Below are positions 11,996 to 25,291 of a DNA stretch of 64,000 nucleotides, piece after piece; within the stretch, counting starts at the first letter, position 1, and every line of letters starts with the position of its first letter. Made by a program: the position numbers and the translations under genes. Location of the stretch: assembly GCF_018350175.1 (NCBI RefSeq), contig NC_058368.1:98892001-98956000 (forward strand), written 5' to 3'. The notes beneath the pieces are model-generated. The model made no database searches and was not told the origin of the DNA. It worked only from the letters and a program-made list of their open reading frames with translations. This DNA is from Felis catus (taxonomy: Eukaryota).

Positions 11996-13504
11996 TTGAC
12001 TCTTCAATCTGTATTATTGGTATCATTGTCTTTATTTTAAAGCAGAAAGAAACAAAAATAGAGGAATTAAACGTCTTCATCCTAATGAGCTGTGGAGGGC
12101 TCTCTCTGCCTCTGTTATGGTAATTTCCGTTTTTCCTTCTACAATTTAGGATAACCTACAGCCCCTAAAGCATTCTAAGCCTGTGTCTCTCACAACTAGA
12201 AGAGCTGAAGGCTGGTTGTTAATAATAAGAAATAATGAGCCACGTTTAGGTAAAATCAGTTGACTTGCCATTACTCACAATTAAAAAATATCTTGGATAG
12301 GCAGGGTTGGCACTGGGTGGAAACTGGTCCCATTAGTGCTTGCCTTTTGCTGGGGAATACAAGACAAATAGTAGTGTTTGGAATCTAGAGCTTAATTAAT
12401 TATTTTAACTTGTTGGTTATCATCATTGGAATGGTCATGAAAACCCTTTGGACCTGGATATTGTCAAAATATAAGGTCAAGATATTTCTATAAAGTAATG
12501 ATTATAAAATGATACCAGATAAATTTAGATCCTAGGTCTTGGGAGTTGATGGTGTCTAGCTTACTATAAATATAATATAAATAGAAGCCTCTTATGGTTT
12601 TGATTTTAAGAATGTTCATGAATCACAGACACAGAGTGAAAGTAGTATTTCTAGTTCCTGGATTTCAGTAGGAAAAAAGGAACTATAATTTTCATCTTCA
12701 TAATCATTTTTGACACTGCTTTAGAGAAAAATTTATCAGGTAATCTAAGATTTACTAGTTAAATAGAGAGGGTGTGGTTTCAAATGAACTTAGAATGTAA
12801 AACTGTATTTTAACTACTTTATTGGTAAGTTCATTGTTAACAGCATTAACTTGTTCTAGCAATTTTTTCTATGATGGTTATTTGTAATTATGCATTGAGG
12901 AAAGTAACTCTTGTTTAGAATCACATTTGATGCAAAAATAATGAAAATGTCTTCTATTTATTATGAAATGTGTTAAGCAAACTTTATGTATCCTCAAATT
13001 ATATTTTATATGAATATTGGTTTTCATAATAAGTGAAAATAATAAGAACAAATATTTTTCAAGGCTTGCTATTGTTAGGCTCCATGGTACATGCCTCGTG
13101 TGCAATTGTTTTTTGTTATTTATCAATATTATTGTTTATCAGTTTTTGTCTACTGTCATTTGAAGGAATTGTGACATTTTTATTCTGTTGTAGAGCATAA
13201 GCAATGGCACAGAAAAATGGTAACCTTGTTTTTACTTAGTCAAAAGATACATTTTTCTATAGTGGTTTAAACTTCAACCTATTCTAAATTTTGAGCATAT
13301 GTCCTTTCAAACATTTTTCTTAGCATAAAAAGAAATTGCAGTGATGGAGATGTTGTCCATTGATTTTTTTATAGCATTATTTCATAAAATTTTCTTTATA
13401 ACAAAATTAAAATTCATACACCCTAATAATTTTAGAGCTACTTAAAAGTCTTATTAAAATATTTATCTTCTAAAAGATTTGTATCCAAAACATACTTACT
13501 ACTC

Positions 13505-13740
13505 TTTTCTTTTTATATGAAATTTATTGTCAAATTGGTTTCCATACAACACCCAGTGCTCATCCCAACAGGTGCCCCCCTCAATGCCCATCACCCACCC
13601 TCTGCTCCCTCCCTCTCCCCCCATCAACCCTCAGTGTATTCTCAGTGTTTAAGAGTCTCTTATGTTTTGGTTCCCTCTCTAACTTTTATTTTTTCCTTCC
13701 CCTCCCCCCATGGTCTTCTGTTAAGTTTCTCAGGATCCAC
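13505..13740 (-). mobile_element. Felid L1 (L1_Fc-type) 3' end, 5'-truncated
   Basis: AAATTTATTGTCAAATTGGTTTCCATACAACACCCAGTGCTCATCCCAACAGGTGCCC..AAGAGTCTCTTATG..CAGGATCCAC. Confidence 0.88.
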
Positions 13741-14730
13741 TTAACTCAACAATGAGAGAGCAAAATATCTAAAAAGCCTATGTGCTATATGATTCCAATT
13801 ATACAATATTCTGGAAAATATAAAAACATAGATATTATAAAAACAGAAGTGGTTGCCAGAGACTCAGAGGGAGAGATTGGGGTTGAATAGGTGAATCACA
13901 GTTTTGGGGTTTTTTTTTGTTTCTTAAGATGAGAAAATATTCAGTGTGATATTAGAATGGTCAACACATGACATTATGCATTTGTCAAAACTCATAGAAT
14001 TTTAAAGCACAAAGAGTGAACTTTAATATACACAAATTTATAAGATTATTTAAAAGATGGGGGGGGGTCCCATGAAGCAATGCAGATCATGACAAGAGAC
14101 TCTAACTGTATTAAAAATGGGTGAAACAAACTCTCCTATGGGGAAAGGTATAAAAGGTGCTGACCAAGTAACTGAGGATATGGGCAGAGTGTCTAAGACT
14201 AAAATCAAAAGGAATTGGCACATATATACTGAACTCTAGTTAATTAAGTTGTTTCATACCAATGTACAAGTTAATTCTAATGCTATTATACATGTGTAAT
14301 AGAATTGAAAAATTAAATAAGTGGACGGTGGATGTTAGGAGCCCAATTTCTCACTGTTGTAGTAGATGTACAGATTAGCAAGAGGAGGCTTGAAATGTCC
14401 ATGTGGTAATGGATTGGAGTTGGAGAGATCAATAAGAGCTAATATTTAGGTTAACATATATAGAGATGGTTACATGCCAAAATGATCATAAAAAGGTGTG
14501 TATGCATAGATTAGAATACACACACACATATATTGCTTTGTGCCATCAGCTGGGATACCGTAAAAGCAATGGCACCTCAGTAGCAATGGAGAAACACTTC
14601 GAGCCCAGACCTTGGTTTCTAAAAAAAGGAACCAGGGATCCTTGGAGAATGCCTGATTCTAACACTGGAATAGGGACTATACAAGATGATCTTTCAGCAT
14701 CTTATAAGTGCCTGAAAATAAGGAAGTAAA

Positions 14731-14732
<2 letters not shown>

Positions 14733-14766
<34 letters not shown>
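14733..14766. repeat. (CA)n microsatellite
   Basis: About 17 perfect AC units. Confidence 0.97.
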
Positions 14767-14769
<3 letters not shown>

Positions 14770-14926
14770 GTTGATACAGATCTGTCAAGGATAGAAGCCA
14801 ATTGAAAGAACACCAATGGCCAAGGTAGAAAAATTTGCATCATAAAATAAATTATTATTGTATTATAGCCCAGAATGTAAAATAAATTTTCATGAGTCCT
14901 TACTGATATAAAGAAATATTTGAATA

Positions 14927-15140
14927 GGGACACCTTGGTGGCTCAGTCAGTTAAACATCCAACTCTTGATTTCATCTCAGGTCATGATCTCACAGTTCAT
15001 GGGAATGAGCCCCATGTTGGGCTCTGTGCTGACAGTATGGAACCTGCTTGAGATCCTCCCTTTCTTTTTGTCCCTTCCCTCACTTTTGTGCATTGTTTCT
15101 CTCTCAAAATAAATAAATGAACATTTTTAAAAAAGAAAAA
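14927..15140 (+). mobile_element. Can-SINE (older subtype) inside L1MC3
   Basis: Head, ACTCTTGATTTC, GGTCATGATCTCACAG, A tail; TSD ATATTTGAATA. Confidence 0.93.
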
Positions 15141-15710
15141 TATATTTGAATAAGCAAATAAGGGGAGGAGAAGATGCAAATCTCCCATGCAGATAATTCC
15201 AAATATTTTTGCATAAATACTATGCTGTGAGGAGAGGAGTATAACTTAGAACTTGTGAAGTGTGAGTGATACAGGTGGCTTCCTTCCAAAGAGTATAGTG
15301 TGAAAAGGGGAATAAACAAGAGTGATATTACACTGGAGACACCTGACAAAACAACCTCATCCAGCTGATCAAGGTCAACATCAGCAGTGATAAATCATGT
15401 TGATAATTTATAAGCTCATGTGGGATGAAAAAGGCCCTTTACCCTTGTGGTCTTCTTCTCAAAATCCCTAACGACAGCCCAGTCACATGAAAAATACCAG
15501 ACAAATGCCAATAGTGGAGCATCCTACCAAATACCCGGCCATTATTTCTCAAACCGTCAAGGTCAAAAAAAATAATAATAATAAGTAGAGTCTGTGACAC
15601 TGTCAACAGCCAAGAGCAACCTAAGGAGACATGATAAAGAAATATAATGTGGAATCCTGGAACATAAAAGAAGCATTATGCAAAACTATGGAAACTGAAT
15701 AAAGTATGAT

Positions 15711-16078
15711 TGTATGAGTCACATAGAGCTTTTGTACAAAAGTACCACAACCTGGGGGTCTTAAACAGAAATGTTTTTTCTCATAGTTCTGGAGGCCAGA
15801 AGCCCAAGATCAAAGTGCTGACAGAGTTGGTCCCTATTCAGGGATATGAGAGGGATTCTCTACCATGACTCTGTTGGCTTGATGATAAACTTTGGGGTCC
15901 CTGGGCTTATTGAAACATCAATGTAATCTCTGCTTTCATTTCATACCATGTTTTCCTTATGTACATGCCTGTTTCTGATTTTCCCCTTGTTTATTAAGAT
16001 ACTAGTCATGTTGGATTAGGGTTCAACCTAACAACCTCATTTTAACTTCATTGCCTCTGTAAAGATTCTATCTCTGCA
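15711..16078 (-). mobile_element. MaLR LTR (MLT1B/C-like)
   Basis: AAGTACCACAACCTGGGGGTCTTAAAC..CATAGTTCTGGAGGCCAGAAGCCCAAGATCAA..AGTCATGTTGGATTAGGG..ACCTCATTTTAACTT. Confidence 0.85.
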
Positions 16079-16085
16079 ACAGATC

Positions 16086-16148
16086 ATAGATGGATGGATG
16101 GATGGATAGATAGGCTGATTGATTGATTGATTGATTTGAGAAAGATAG
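16086..16148. repeat. Compound (GATG)n(GATA)n(GATT)n tetranucleotide repeat
   Basis: Direct reading of the sequence. Confidence 0.9.
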
Positions 16149-18002
16149 ACACTAAAATAATGCAGTAATGCCTAAATTTCTAAGGACTTATCTAATATCC
16201 AATATAATTGAGAGATATGGTTATTTATTGAAATTTCAAGTGATTTTCTTCCATGTGTTCAATTTAATGACTGCCTTTTCTTTATGCATGGCTTTAAAAA
16301 CAATATGCATATGACATTGAACATACCAATTATATGGTAGATTGGACATCACCCTCTCTGATGAGTGGGGCCCCTTAAGAAAAAATTTGGAGGTGTCAGT
16401 CTCATGACCAGCAATTTAGTAATATAACCAAAATGGAAAATTTAAGCAAAAATGTTTTATGCTTTGTCTTTAGTAGAAAAATGAATCCTCTTGTGTTCCT
16501 TTCCCAGAGCCAAAACCAATTACTGAGTAGTTTTGAAACAACTTTCTAGAACAAAATGTAATTATCCCAGCTGGAGTTTCAGGTAATAAAGGCTTTACTG
16601 TATCAGCTTCATTTTCCAGAGAAATCTCAGTGGGACTTAGTGTATACAAATTCTTGCTAATTGAAAATACCTTTCTGGTTTGTATTAATAACTTCTTCAA
16701 ATTTTAGCTCCTAGGCAGTTTACTCCAAGGCCCCCGGTTTACATGGTCTAAAGTCTATTTTTTTTATCCATTGGGTACAAAGAAAGGAACACAGAGGACA
16801 CAACAAAATGAAGTACCAGTAAAAGCTAACTGCCTGCGGGCAACTTGTGGGTCAATACAGGCTGGGGGGTGTTTTTCTGTGTGTGTGCATGTGCTTACAG
16901 TATGGTCTGCTTAACCTCTTTATACTTAGGATTTTTCCTCTCAGTTCTATGAGAAAATATAGAATAGAAATTCAAAACCATAAGAAAATAATACCTGGGT
17001 TGCTTTAACTGTTAGCACATAGACTCACTTTAGCTCAAGTAAACATTTCACATTTGGTTTGGGAAAAGATCATCAAAGAAAACTTTAACAATGCACTTAA
17101 TATTTGAAATGACTACGGCATGTGGTTCATTGTGTTTATTTATTCTGATTTTGATCATCCAGGCTTAAGAAAGGAAAATTACTGATTGGGATACTGGTTT
17201 ATGTTAATTCTTTAGCTATAATGTAACACTTATAAAGTGATCTGTGAGTTGTCTAGTAACTTCAGAAATAGAGATTTTAGACTTGATGTTCTTCAATATA
17301 ATGTTTGTTGCTTAATTTTTGTGGGGAGGAGAAAAGAAACTGTATTGTAGATAATATTGAAAGGGTTGTGCTTTTCTCGTGTCATAATTTATATTTTCTT
17401 GATATTCCTTGATTGCTGTTTTAAATGTTTCACGATTTATCATGATGTATGTTCTTCTTCTGTTGTGAAGCGTATCACGGGAGAAAGTATGAGCTTCTGC
17501 CAAAATTTCTTTCCAGGAACTTGATTTTTATCAATGGGAACATTTTACTTCTGTTGTTATTGCTTTCTGTTTGTTTGCTTTGTTTTCTTTTCCCTGTGTT
17601 GGACAGACACTTAGTGATTTTTATATGCACTAAAAAGTGACTCAAGCAATGATACCCTGTAATGAATGTTCTGTGTAGTTGATGAATTTTCTGATTTATG
17701 GAGAATAGCTATGATGGTGTAACTCCAGACTGTCATATGTAATGAAGGTGAGCCCAGACCCAAGTGTATGTCAAAAACTTCCACTCAGGGGAGCATACTC
17801 AAACCTTGACTCCCCAGCAAGCTTCTTGCTATGTTAGAATAGGGATGCTGGCCTTGAAGTCCAGTGAATTTTTAACTCAGACTCATGTAGTGGCTCTGAT
17901 GCCCATATCAGCATAATTCTTGGAATGTGTTTGCATATCAGTTGAATAGGGAAAGATAATAACTTATTTGCTTGGGTAGTGGGATAGAAATGAGAGAACA
18001 TA

Positions 18003-18004
<2 letters not shown>

Positions 18005-18038
<34 letters not shown>
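18005..18038. repeat. (AT)n microsatellite
   Basis: About 17 perfect AT units. Confidence 0.97.
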
Positions 18039-18041
<3 letters not shown>

Positions 18042-18319
18042 ATGTCCTGTGTTTTGGAGAGATAGTATAGAGTAAATATTAACACTTTAAATGAGACCTG
18101 TTTTAAATTCATTTTACTTTTCATTAACTGTTATTCTTTCAAGTTGCTTCACTTCCTTGGATTTAAATTTCCTATTTAGGATATGAGGGAAGGGTGAATG
18201 TATGAATACTCTGGATGCAATGTTGTCTCTTGGACATCTGCTTTCCTTAGTCAAGTATTAATTGTGTTCAACAAATAGAAGCTAGTTTGTTAGGCAAGTT
18301 TTAACACAGTTTGAAAAAC

Positions 18320-18528
18320 GGGGTGCCTGGGTGGCTCAGGAGGGTAGGCGACTGACTCTTGGTTTCGGCTCAGGTCATGATCTCAAGGATTGTGAGTTCA
18401 AGCCCTATCTTGGGCTCTGTGCTGATAGTGTGGAGACTGCTTGGGGCTCTCTTTCTTTCACTCTCTGCCCCTCCCCTGCTTGAGCTCTCTCTCTCTCTCT
18501 CTCTGAAAATGAATAAACTTTAAAAAAA
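18320..18528 (+). mobile_element. Can-SINE (older subtype)
   Basis: GGGGTGCCTGGGTGGCTCAG head, (CT)n, AATAAA, A tail. Confidence 0.95.
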
Positions 18529-18587
18529 CCAGCAGAAGAAATAAGAGATCTAGTATTTGTTTTAAATTTTCTATCATGAAGAGTTTT

Positions 18588-18810
18588 AATACAGCCACTG
18601 TGGAAAAAAGTATGGAGGTTCTTCGAATAATTAAAAATAGAATGAACTTATGATTCAGCAATCTCACTTCTGGGTACAAATCCAAGGAAAGAAATTCATT
18701 GTCTCAAAAAGATAACTGTATTCCCATGTTCACAGCAGTATTATTTATAATAATCAAGATATGGAATCCAACAAAGTCTTGACAGACCAATGGATACAGA
18801 AATTGTGGTA
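18588..18810 (+). mobile_element. L1 ORF2 C-terminal fragment
   Basis: TACAGCCACTGTGGAAAAAAGTATGGAGGTTC..TATGATTCAGCAATCTCACTTCTGGGTA..CCCATGTTCACAGCAG. Confidence 0.85.
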
Positions 18811-19594
18811 GAACTTGTTTTTTGTTTTATCTCTTTTAAAGGATTTGGTATCATATTGTTTTTATTTGCATTTTCTGTTGCATAGTGAACTTGAGCATTA
18901 AAAAAAAAAAAACATGTCTTTTGGCCATGTGGATTTCCTCCTCAGTGCATTGTTTGTTCAACTTTTCCTACTTTACTATTGTCTTCTCTGTGTTTTTAAA
19001 TTGACGCATGGAAGTTTTAAGATACTCTGTGAGGAAGAGGCATGTATAATGATATATTCAGTGTGAAGAAAAGAAGGAAGACAGAATATAGAGGACAAAA
19101 CCACACGGTTCTAAAATAAAGTAGCAAGTGTTTAAAATATAAATAATGGGCCACAGACCCTTGCATGACCATCTCCTTAAGCAAATAATCAGAAATATTT
19201 TCTCTTAGATATCACACATGGCCCTATGGATGTTCAAAGAGGGAAGATTTAAGCAAACAGACATAAATGAAATTGAACACATTTTTGTCTGTCTTTGATG
19301 ATTCAAATGTCCCCTGGAATGACCTTACACATATAAATAAGAATTGTTGATTTTGGACTGTGATGGTGGTGAATGGCTGTGTAGGATACATCAGCTTAAG
19401 CAGATTGCATTATATAAACTGTGAAAAAATACAGCCCTGGTGAAATTTTTTAGAGTGTTTAAAGTTCTTTCTTTTCATCTTTATTTTCATTTGAGAAAGC
19501 ATTTCTTTCTGAAAATATTTGCCTGTGAAGAGTTATCTCTTAATAAAGAAATTAATCTTCTTACTTTTTCCTAAACCTCTTTCACCCATTTTAA

Positions 19595-20540
19595 AAAACT
19601 CTTACTGAGTTATAAAATGCATCTAGTAATGTTCATGTATCACCAGTTTACAGCTCAACGGATTTTCTCAAACCAAACATACTGTGTAACCAGCACTGAG
19701 TTCCAGAAATAGATAATTACCAGCACTTCCAAAGCCCCATATGCTCCTTTTCCGTCACTAGTCACTCTCTCACCCTCCAGGTAACTGCTTCCTTGATTTC
19801 TAATGGCGCAGTTTAGTTTTCTCTTTTGTACTTTATATATATGGGAAGGTAAGTACACACTTTCATAACTTCTTTAAATTGACACTATGTCTGGAGTTTC
19901 GTTCATGTTGTATGTAGCTTTTGATTTTATTCTGACTGCTATATACTGCTATTATGAAATATACCACAATTTACTTATCCATTTCAGTGTCAATTAGACA
20001 TCCTTAATAGTACATTTTGCCATTTGGGGTATCATAAACCTTGACGCTATAAACATTCTATTCCCTGCACTTTGGTAAACCTGTCTGCGTGTTAAGTACA
20101 GACCTAAGAATGGAACTGAAGAGGATATGTATCCATATGTTGAACTTTAGTCTGTCCAAATGTATACTTACACCAGGGATATAGGAGAGTTCTGATTGTA
20201 CCACGTCCTTCCAAAACCTTGTCATTGCCTGTCCTTTGTCGTATCTCTTCTGACAGAGGTGTATGGTATCTTGTTGTGTTTTTTAGTTGGATTGTCTGCT
20301 GCTTAATGAAGTTGGGCATTTTTAAAAACAAATCTCTTTCCACCATTTGGGTTTCCTCCTTTGTCAAGTATCTCCTCAACTCCTTTCCTACTTTTCTATT
20401 GTGTTATCTCACTTTTTTTTCTGATACATAGAAGTTTTAATACATTCTGGATGAATCTTTCCTATGATATGCACATTGCAAATATCATCTACATCCTGTA
20501 TGAGCTACATTTTCATTATCTAAGTGGTGTCTTTTATTTT
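19595..20540 (-). mobile_element. L1ME-like 3' end and ORF2 end
   Basis: TACAGCTCAACGGATTTTCTCAAA..TGTGTAACCAGCAC, ATACCACAATTTACTTATCCATT, GTATGGTATCTTGTTGTGTTTTT. Confidence 0.78.
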
Positions 20541-21250
20541 TACCCACTTTTTAAATATTCAACTCAATTCCCACCCCCTTTTTAAAATAAATTATTCCTT
20601 GAACTAATATGATTAAACTTATCTTCCCTTTCACTGATGTCCTAACATCCTGAATCCTCAAAAAGCACAGAAGTCTTCTTCCCCCCGCCAAGAAGATAAG
20701 CAGCTCAATTCTAGAGATGGGTATACAATAGATGCTAATGAAATGTTTGATGTAATGAATGACCTTGAAAGATGTTGCTGTGACAATTCACAAAATGGTG
20801 CCTGTTTTATATTAATAAGATAAATAACAAGATTTTGATATTTTTCCAGTTAATGGCAAATTCTGATGTGTACAATTTTTTTTAATTAAATGTGTCATTT
20901 CAAATCCTATAACTTTTCTTTTGCCCCCAAAATGGTGACTGTATGGAGACAAAATATCAGTGGTTACTTGATTCCAGAGATTCTCATACTAAGAGGGAGT
21001 AAATATTTTAAAAGGTGATGTGAAAGCCAGTGCTAAAACAGATCTGTCTATGCAACTGTTCTTGAACTTAATCACCTCACATTTGCTCAGATTTTGGAAA
21101 TAGCTGATCAAAATTGGGTAATAACATTTTGATGTGAACATAGCAAGAAATAACAGCAACTCATTTAAAAGGGTTAAAACTTAGCCTTCACTTATTTATG
21201 TTAGACTGCTGAAAGAAACCTCATACCCTTAGGTCCATGACACCCCTGTT

Positions 21251-21264
21251 GTTACCAAGGCAAC
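21251..21264. promoter_or_regulatory. RFX X-box-like motif GTTACCAAGGCAAC
   Basis: Two mismatches to the palindromic RFX consensus GTTGCCATGGCAAC, in apparently non-repeat sequence; function untested. Confidence 0.4.
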
Positions 21265-21879
21265 ACATCTCAGTCCAAATTGCAGGTTCTTAGGAGACGT
21301 GGTTGACTTGTGATGTCTCATGGCATCAGGGGACTGAGCAACATGTTTTCTCATGCCCGGCTCAAAGAGCAGACTCTCAAAAAATTCTGTGCTGATGATT
21401 CTTTTCGATAAGACAATGGATTTCACGACTTCTTCAAACAGAGCTCTCGACGTCACCAAAACAATGTACATCCCATTCTTCAGGAAGAGTGGTATCGGGA
21501 GGGACATGAAGAAAGGGGTTGTACGTGCAGCACAATCAACCCTCTTGCCCTCAAATTTGAAGATTTGAAGATGTTTGTCATCTGAGTTCTAAATTCAACA
21601 GCCTTAAGTCCCTGAATATCGAGAAACTGGTTGAATTTCACAGGGTTTAAGAGTATTCTTTCACAACAGCCAAATCACAATGTTGGGGGGGGGGGTTGAA
21701 AATGGCATAAAAATCTTTGGATGTCACCGGATGTAATTAGTCATCATTGAAAGGCACTATTCAAAGAAACAGAAGGAGAAGAAATAGTCAGTATGGCATC
21801 TTGAGCCCACTTCTCCCTCCTATATATATATATATCCTTGGCATTGGAAAAATTCACAACCTAGTTCTTGCTCCTCAAC

Positions 21880-22165
21880 TTTTTAGAAAATAACTTTATT
21901 GAGATATGATTCACATACCATAAAAACCACCACTTTAAAGTACACAGCCAGTAGTTTTTAGTATATTCACCAAATTATGCATCTATCACTGTCTAAACTC
22001 TAAGTTTAGAACATTTTATGGCCCCCAAAGAAACCCCATATCTATTAAAAGTCACCTCCTACCACACCTTGCCACCATTTGTAGCCCTAAATGGCCACCA
22101 GTTTCCTTTTTTATGGATCTGCTTTATTTGGACATTTCTTAGAAATGAAATCATACAGTGAATGA
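21880..22165 (-). mobile_element. L1MB-like 3' end
   Basis: AACTTTATTGAGATATGATTCACATACCATAAAA..TTTAAAGTACACAG..TTTTAGTATATTCAC..AAAGAAACCCCATA. Confidence 0.85.
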
Positions 22166-22419
22166 TCTCCACTCTCTACGGTAAATTTTCGCTTTTTTTT
22201 TGGTTTGTTTCCAATCAACACAGATGAGTCTCTGCAGAATGGTAGAATCACACAATACCATTCCAGAAAAGTTTTGAGGAACCAGGGCTAGATATTATAA
22301 TTTATTAGATCTTTCCTTAATATTGCTTATTACTCACTTTACTCATTCACATTTTGCTCATACTGGAATTTGTCTAAAATATTTTAGGCACTCTCTTCTA
22401 CTCTCACTCCTCAGAAATT

Positions 22420-22915
22420 ATCAGTCATTTTGCAAAAGAATAAATTGAATTTAGTGACTTTCTGATTCTGTCTCTAATTGAACATTTGGAGAAGCTGAAG
22501 CAAAAACCTGACCCTCAAGAACTCATAATCCTGGCTTAATAGGTATGGAGAAAAGAATACATTTTATTCACCAAATCCACCTGGGATTTTATGAGCAGGA
22601 AATTACAAGAAATGAATGTTTGCAAAATGATTTGGAAGAAATGAAAGGATTGCAGTAAGAGTTGTTTGCAAGTTACATTTCTTAGGACTTCTATTAAATT
22701 CAAAGAATGTTTGAAAGAAACACATTATTTGGCAAATTCAACTTAAGAGTAACAGAACAGTTCAAGAACAAGCATTGTTCAGATGTTGCCTACCACTGTG
22801 GTCTTGAGTGGATATACTTCATTTATATATTACTGTGAAACTAATTAAATAACGGATTTGAACTCCTTTCATATTATAGTATCTGAGGACAAAACTCGCA
22901 TTAAGACATAATAGG
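22420..22915 (+). mobile_element. Possible ancient hAT (Charlie-like) transposase C-terminal remnant
   Basis: Stop-interrupted manual translation (..LIEHLEKLKQK..KFKEC..QMLPTT..SGYTS..VSEDKTRI) loosely follows the hAT dimerisation-domain pattern LLPFxTTYLCESGFS. Confidence 0.35.
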
Positions 22916-23232
22916 ATTGTTCGTTATGAGTAGTTACGCTTGAATGGACAGAGTTCAAGCTGTGATGACAAGATGTGTTAGTTGGAAACTCTGCAGAATT
23001 AATAAACTTGAAAAAGACTCATTGTATGATGGAATGGGGTCAGTCTTGCATCTCAGAGTTCATTAGAATCTCAAAACTGTGTACTGCGTTATCCCCTATT
23101 TATTTCTCTGAGTAAAACTCAAAGTGCTTAATGATCTTGCCCCATGTGGATCGATCCAAACCCACTTGTATTCCTCCTACATGTACCCTTATTTTAGAAA
23201 TAATACATGCTATGGGTGGCAGAATAAAGAGA

Positions 23233-23446
23233 TTTTTATGTTTTTTAATGTTTATTTATTTTTGAGAGAGAGACAGAGTGTGAGCAGGGGAGGGGCAGAG
23301 AGAGAGGGCGATGCAGAATCAGAAGCAGGCTCTAGGCTCTGAGCCATCATCACAGAGCCTGATGCAGGGCTCAAACCCACGAACTGTGAGATTATGACCT
23401 GAGCTGAAGTTGGATGCTTAACTGACTGAGCCATCCAGGGGCCCCC
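23233..23446 (-). mobile_element. Can-SINE (SINEC_Fc)
   Basis: Full antisense SINE. Confidence 0.96.
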
Positions 23447-24808
23447 AAAACATTTTAAACATATATTCCTCCTTCAAAATCTGTTGATGGCCAGTGCTCA
23501 CAATGATGCAAGTATCAGCAAGACTACCACTGTCAGGTGTGATCCAGAGAAAAGCCTGTAAGATGAGGTGCCACAACATATCCATGAAAGGAGGAATCAT
23601 GGTCATGGCGGCTTGTCTCACCGTCTTTATGGTAAAATGAGGAGGTCTGAGCCCTAGGACAGGCCACTACCGCATCGGGGGACATCTGTGGGGAAATCTA
23701 ATTCATTCTCACAACTTGGCATGGAATTCATGCTGCAGGAGAAACCAAAGGAAAGTCATTTTCTGTAACTGAAACTTCTCTGCAAAGGAGAGTCCTGGAT
23801 GTCAAGAGGGATGACCAAAGGAGAGGAAACATCAATCACCAGGTCTCAACATGAAGTGCTTATATTTGAAGGAAATTCACAATGAGCTATACCAACCCAC
23901 CACTGCTTAAATGCTGACACTCGTGGTTTGAGGATGGGGGGTGTTTTTGTACCAAAAGGAAATATCAAACTTGGTAAGAGAGTACTGGAAATGATATCAT
24001 TCCAAGTTGGAGCTTATCCCCTTTTTTGCTCCATTATCTGACCATTTGACAGTGTTTAGCATACAGGCTATCTCTTAATGACAACTCAAAAGCAGGCGAT
24101 AAAACATACGGCGCTATGAACAGCAACTATAAACGAAGAAAAAAGATTCTTAAAGAACTTACATTTTGGAAGAATTACCTGGGGAGGGAAAACAAGATTT
24201 TAGATAGTTCTTCAAACTGCAACGAAATTACTCCCAAAAATGTGACTTCTCTTTTACAAAGAGAGTGACAAGATAATGATAGAATAAGAAACATAATAAA
24301 AACAATTGAAAACCCAACTGTAGAGACTGGAGGAGATTACTTAAAGAGCAAGCCATAAAGACATAAAAGTGACTTTGGAAATAGTCAAAGAAAATAAAGT
24401 GAAGTGTAATTGGAGTTTTAAAGAATATGGAGGACACAAATATATTCAGGGATGTGAGAGGAAATTTTCCCTGAAATAGTGTTTCCCACACGCTCGAGTC
24501 TGGGTCTCGAGAAAAACTCATTCCAATACTTTTCAATCTAGTGGAAGTGGAAAGAAATCTAAATGAACTACTTTCTTTATCTTTGATTGCAATTCATAAA
24601 TGTCTATTTTTCAAATCTAATCCCTTAGTTTAAAAATGACTTGAACCTCTTACCGTATATCAAAATTTTACCTTATGTTTACAGGGATTATTTAAAAAAT
24701 AATATTCTATCTCTTGAAAAAAAATGGACTTGAGCTTTACCAATTTGTTTAGGTCACACTAAATTTACACTGCTTCTGTTAAATGTAAGGTAATATTAGA
24801 AATACTTC

Positions 24809-25031
24809 TTTTTTTAAATGTTTTTATTTATGTTTGGGAGACAGAGCGCGGGTGAGTGGAGAAGGTGCAGAGAGTGGGGGGCCGCGGGGCGGGGGGGTGG
24901 GTGGTGGAAACGGAATCTGAAGCAGGCTCCAGGCTCCAGCTGTCAGCTGTCAGGGGCTCAAACTCACAGATCATGAGATCATGACCTGAGCCAATGTCAG
25001 ATGCTTAACCAACTAATCCACCTAAGCGCCC
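24809..25031 (-). mobile_element. Can-SINE with G-rich replacement of the (GA)n tract
   Basis: Antisense SINE body; TSD AATACTTCTT. Confidence 0.9.
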
Positions 25032-25291
25032 TTTGAATACTTCTTAAATATAGAACACAGCATAATTCAAAATTTAAATGTCATCTATTTATCTATAAAT
25101 CTATTATTATCTATTTATCTACTTATCTGTCTGCCCTTATATCTGCATATGTGATTTGAGAAATGCCTGAAATAGTATTTCTCACATGTTCATGATGGTG
25201 ATTTCTTAGGATAGAATTAAGATGTGGTGAAGAAATGAGATTTTAGTTGCTTGCCTTGTTTTCATTTTTTAATATTAGCATCTATTATTTC

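Larger units (their letters stand above)
13750..15708 (+). mobile_element. L1MC3-like 3' UTR, interrupted by (CA)n and a SINE
   Basis: GACATTATGCATTTGTCAAAACTCATAGAA, TCCATGTGGTAATGGATTGGAGTTGGAG, GGAACCAGGGATCCTTGGAGAA, GATCAAGGTCAACATCAGCAGTGATAA. Confidence 0.85.
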
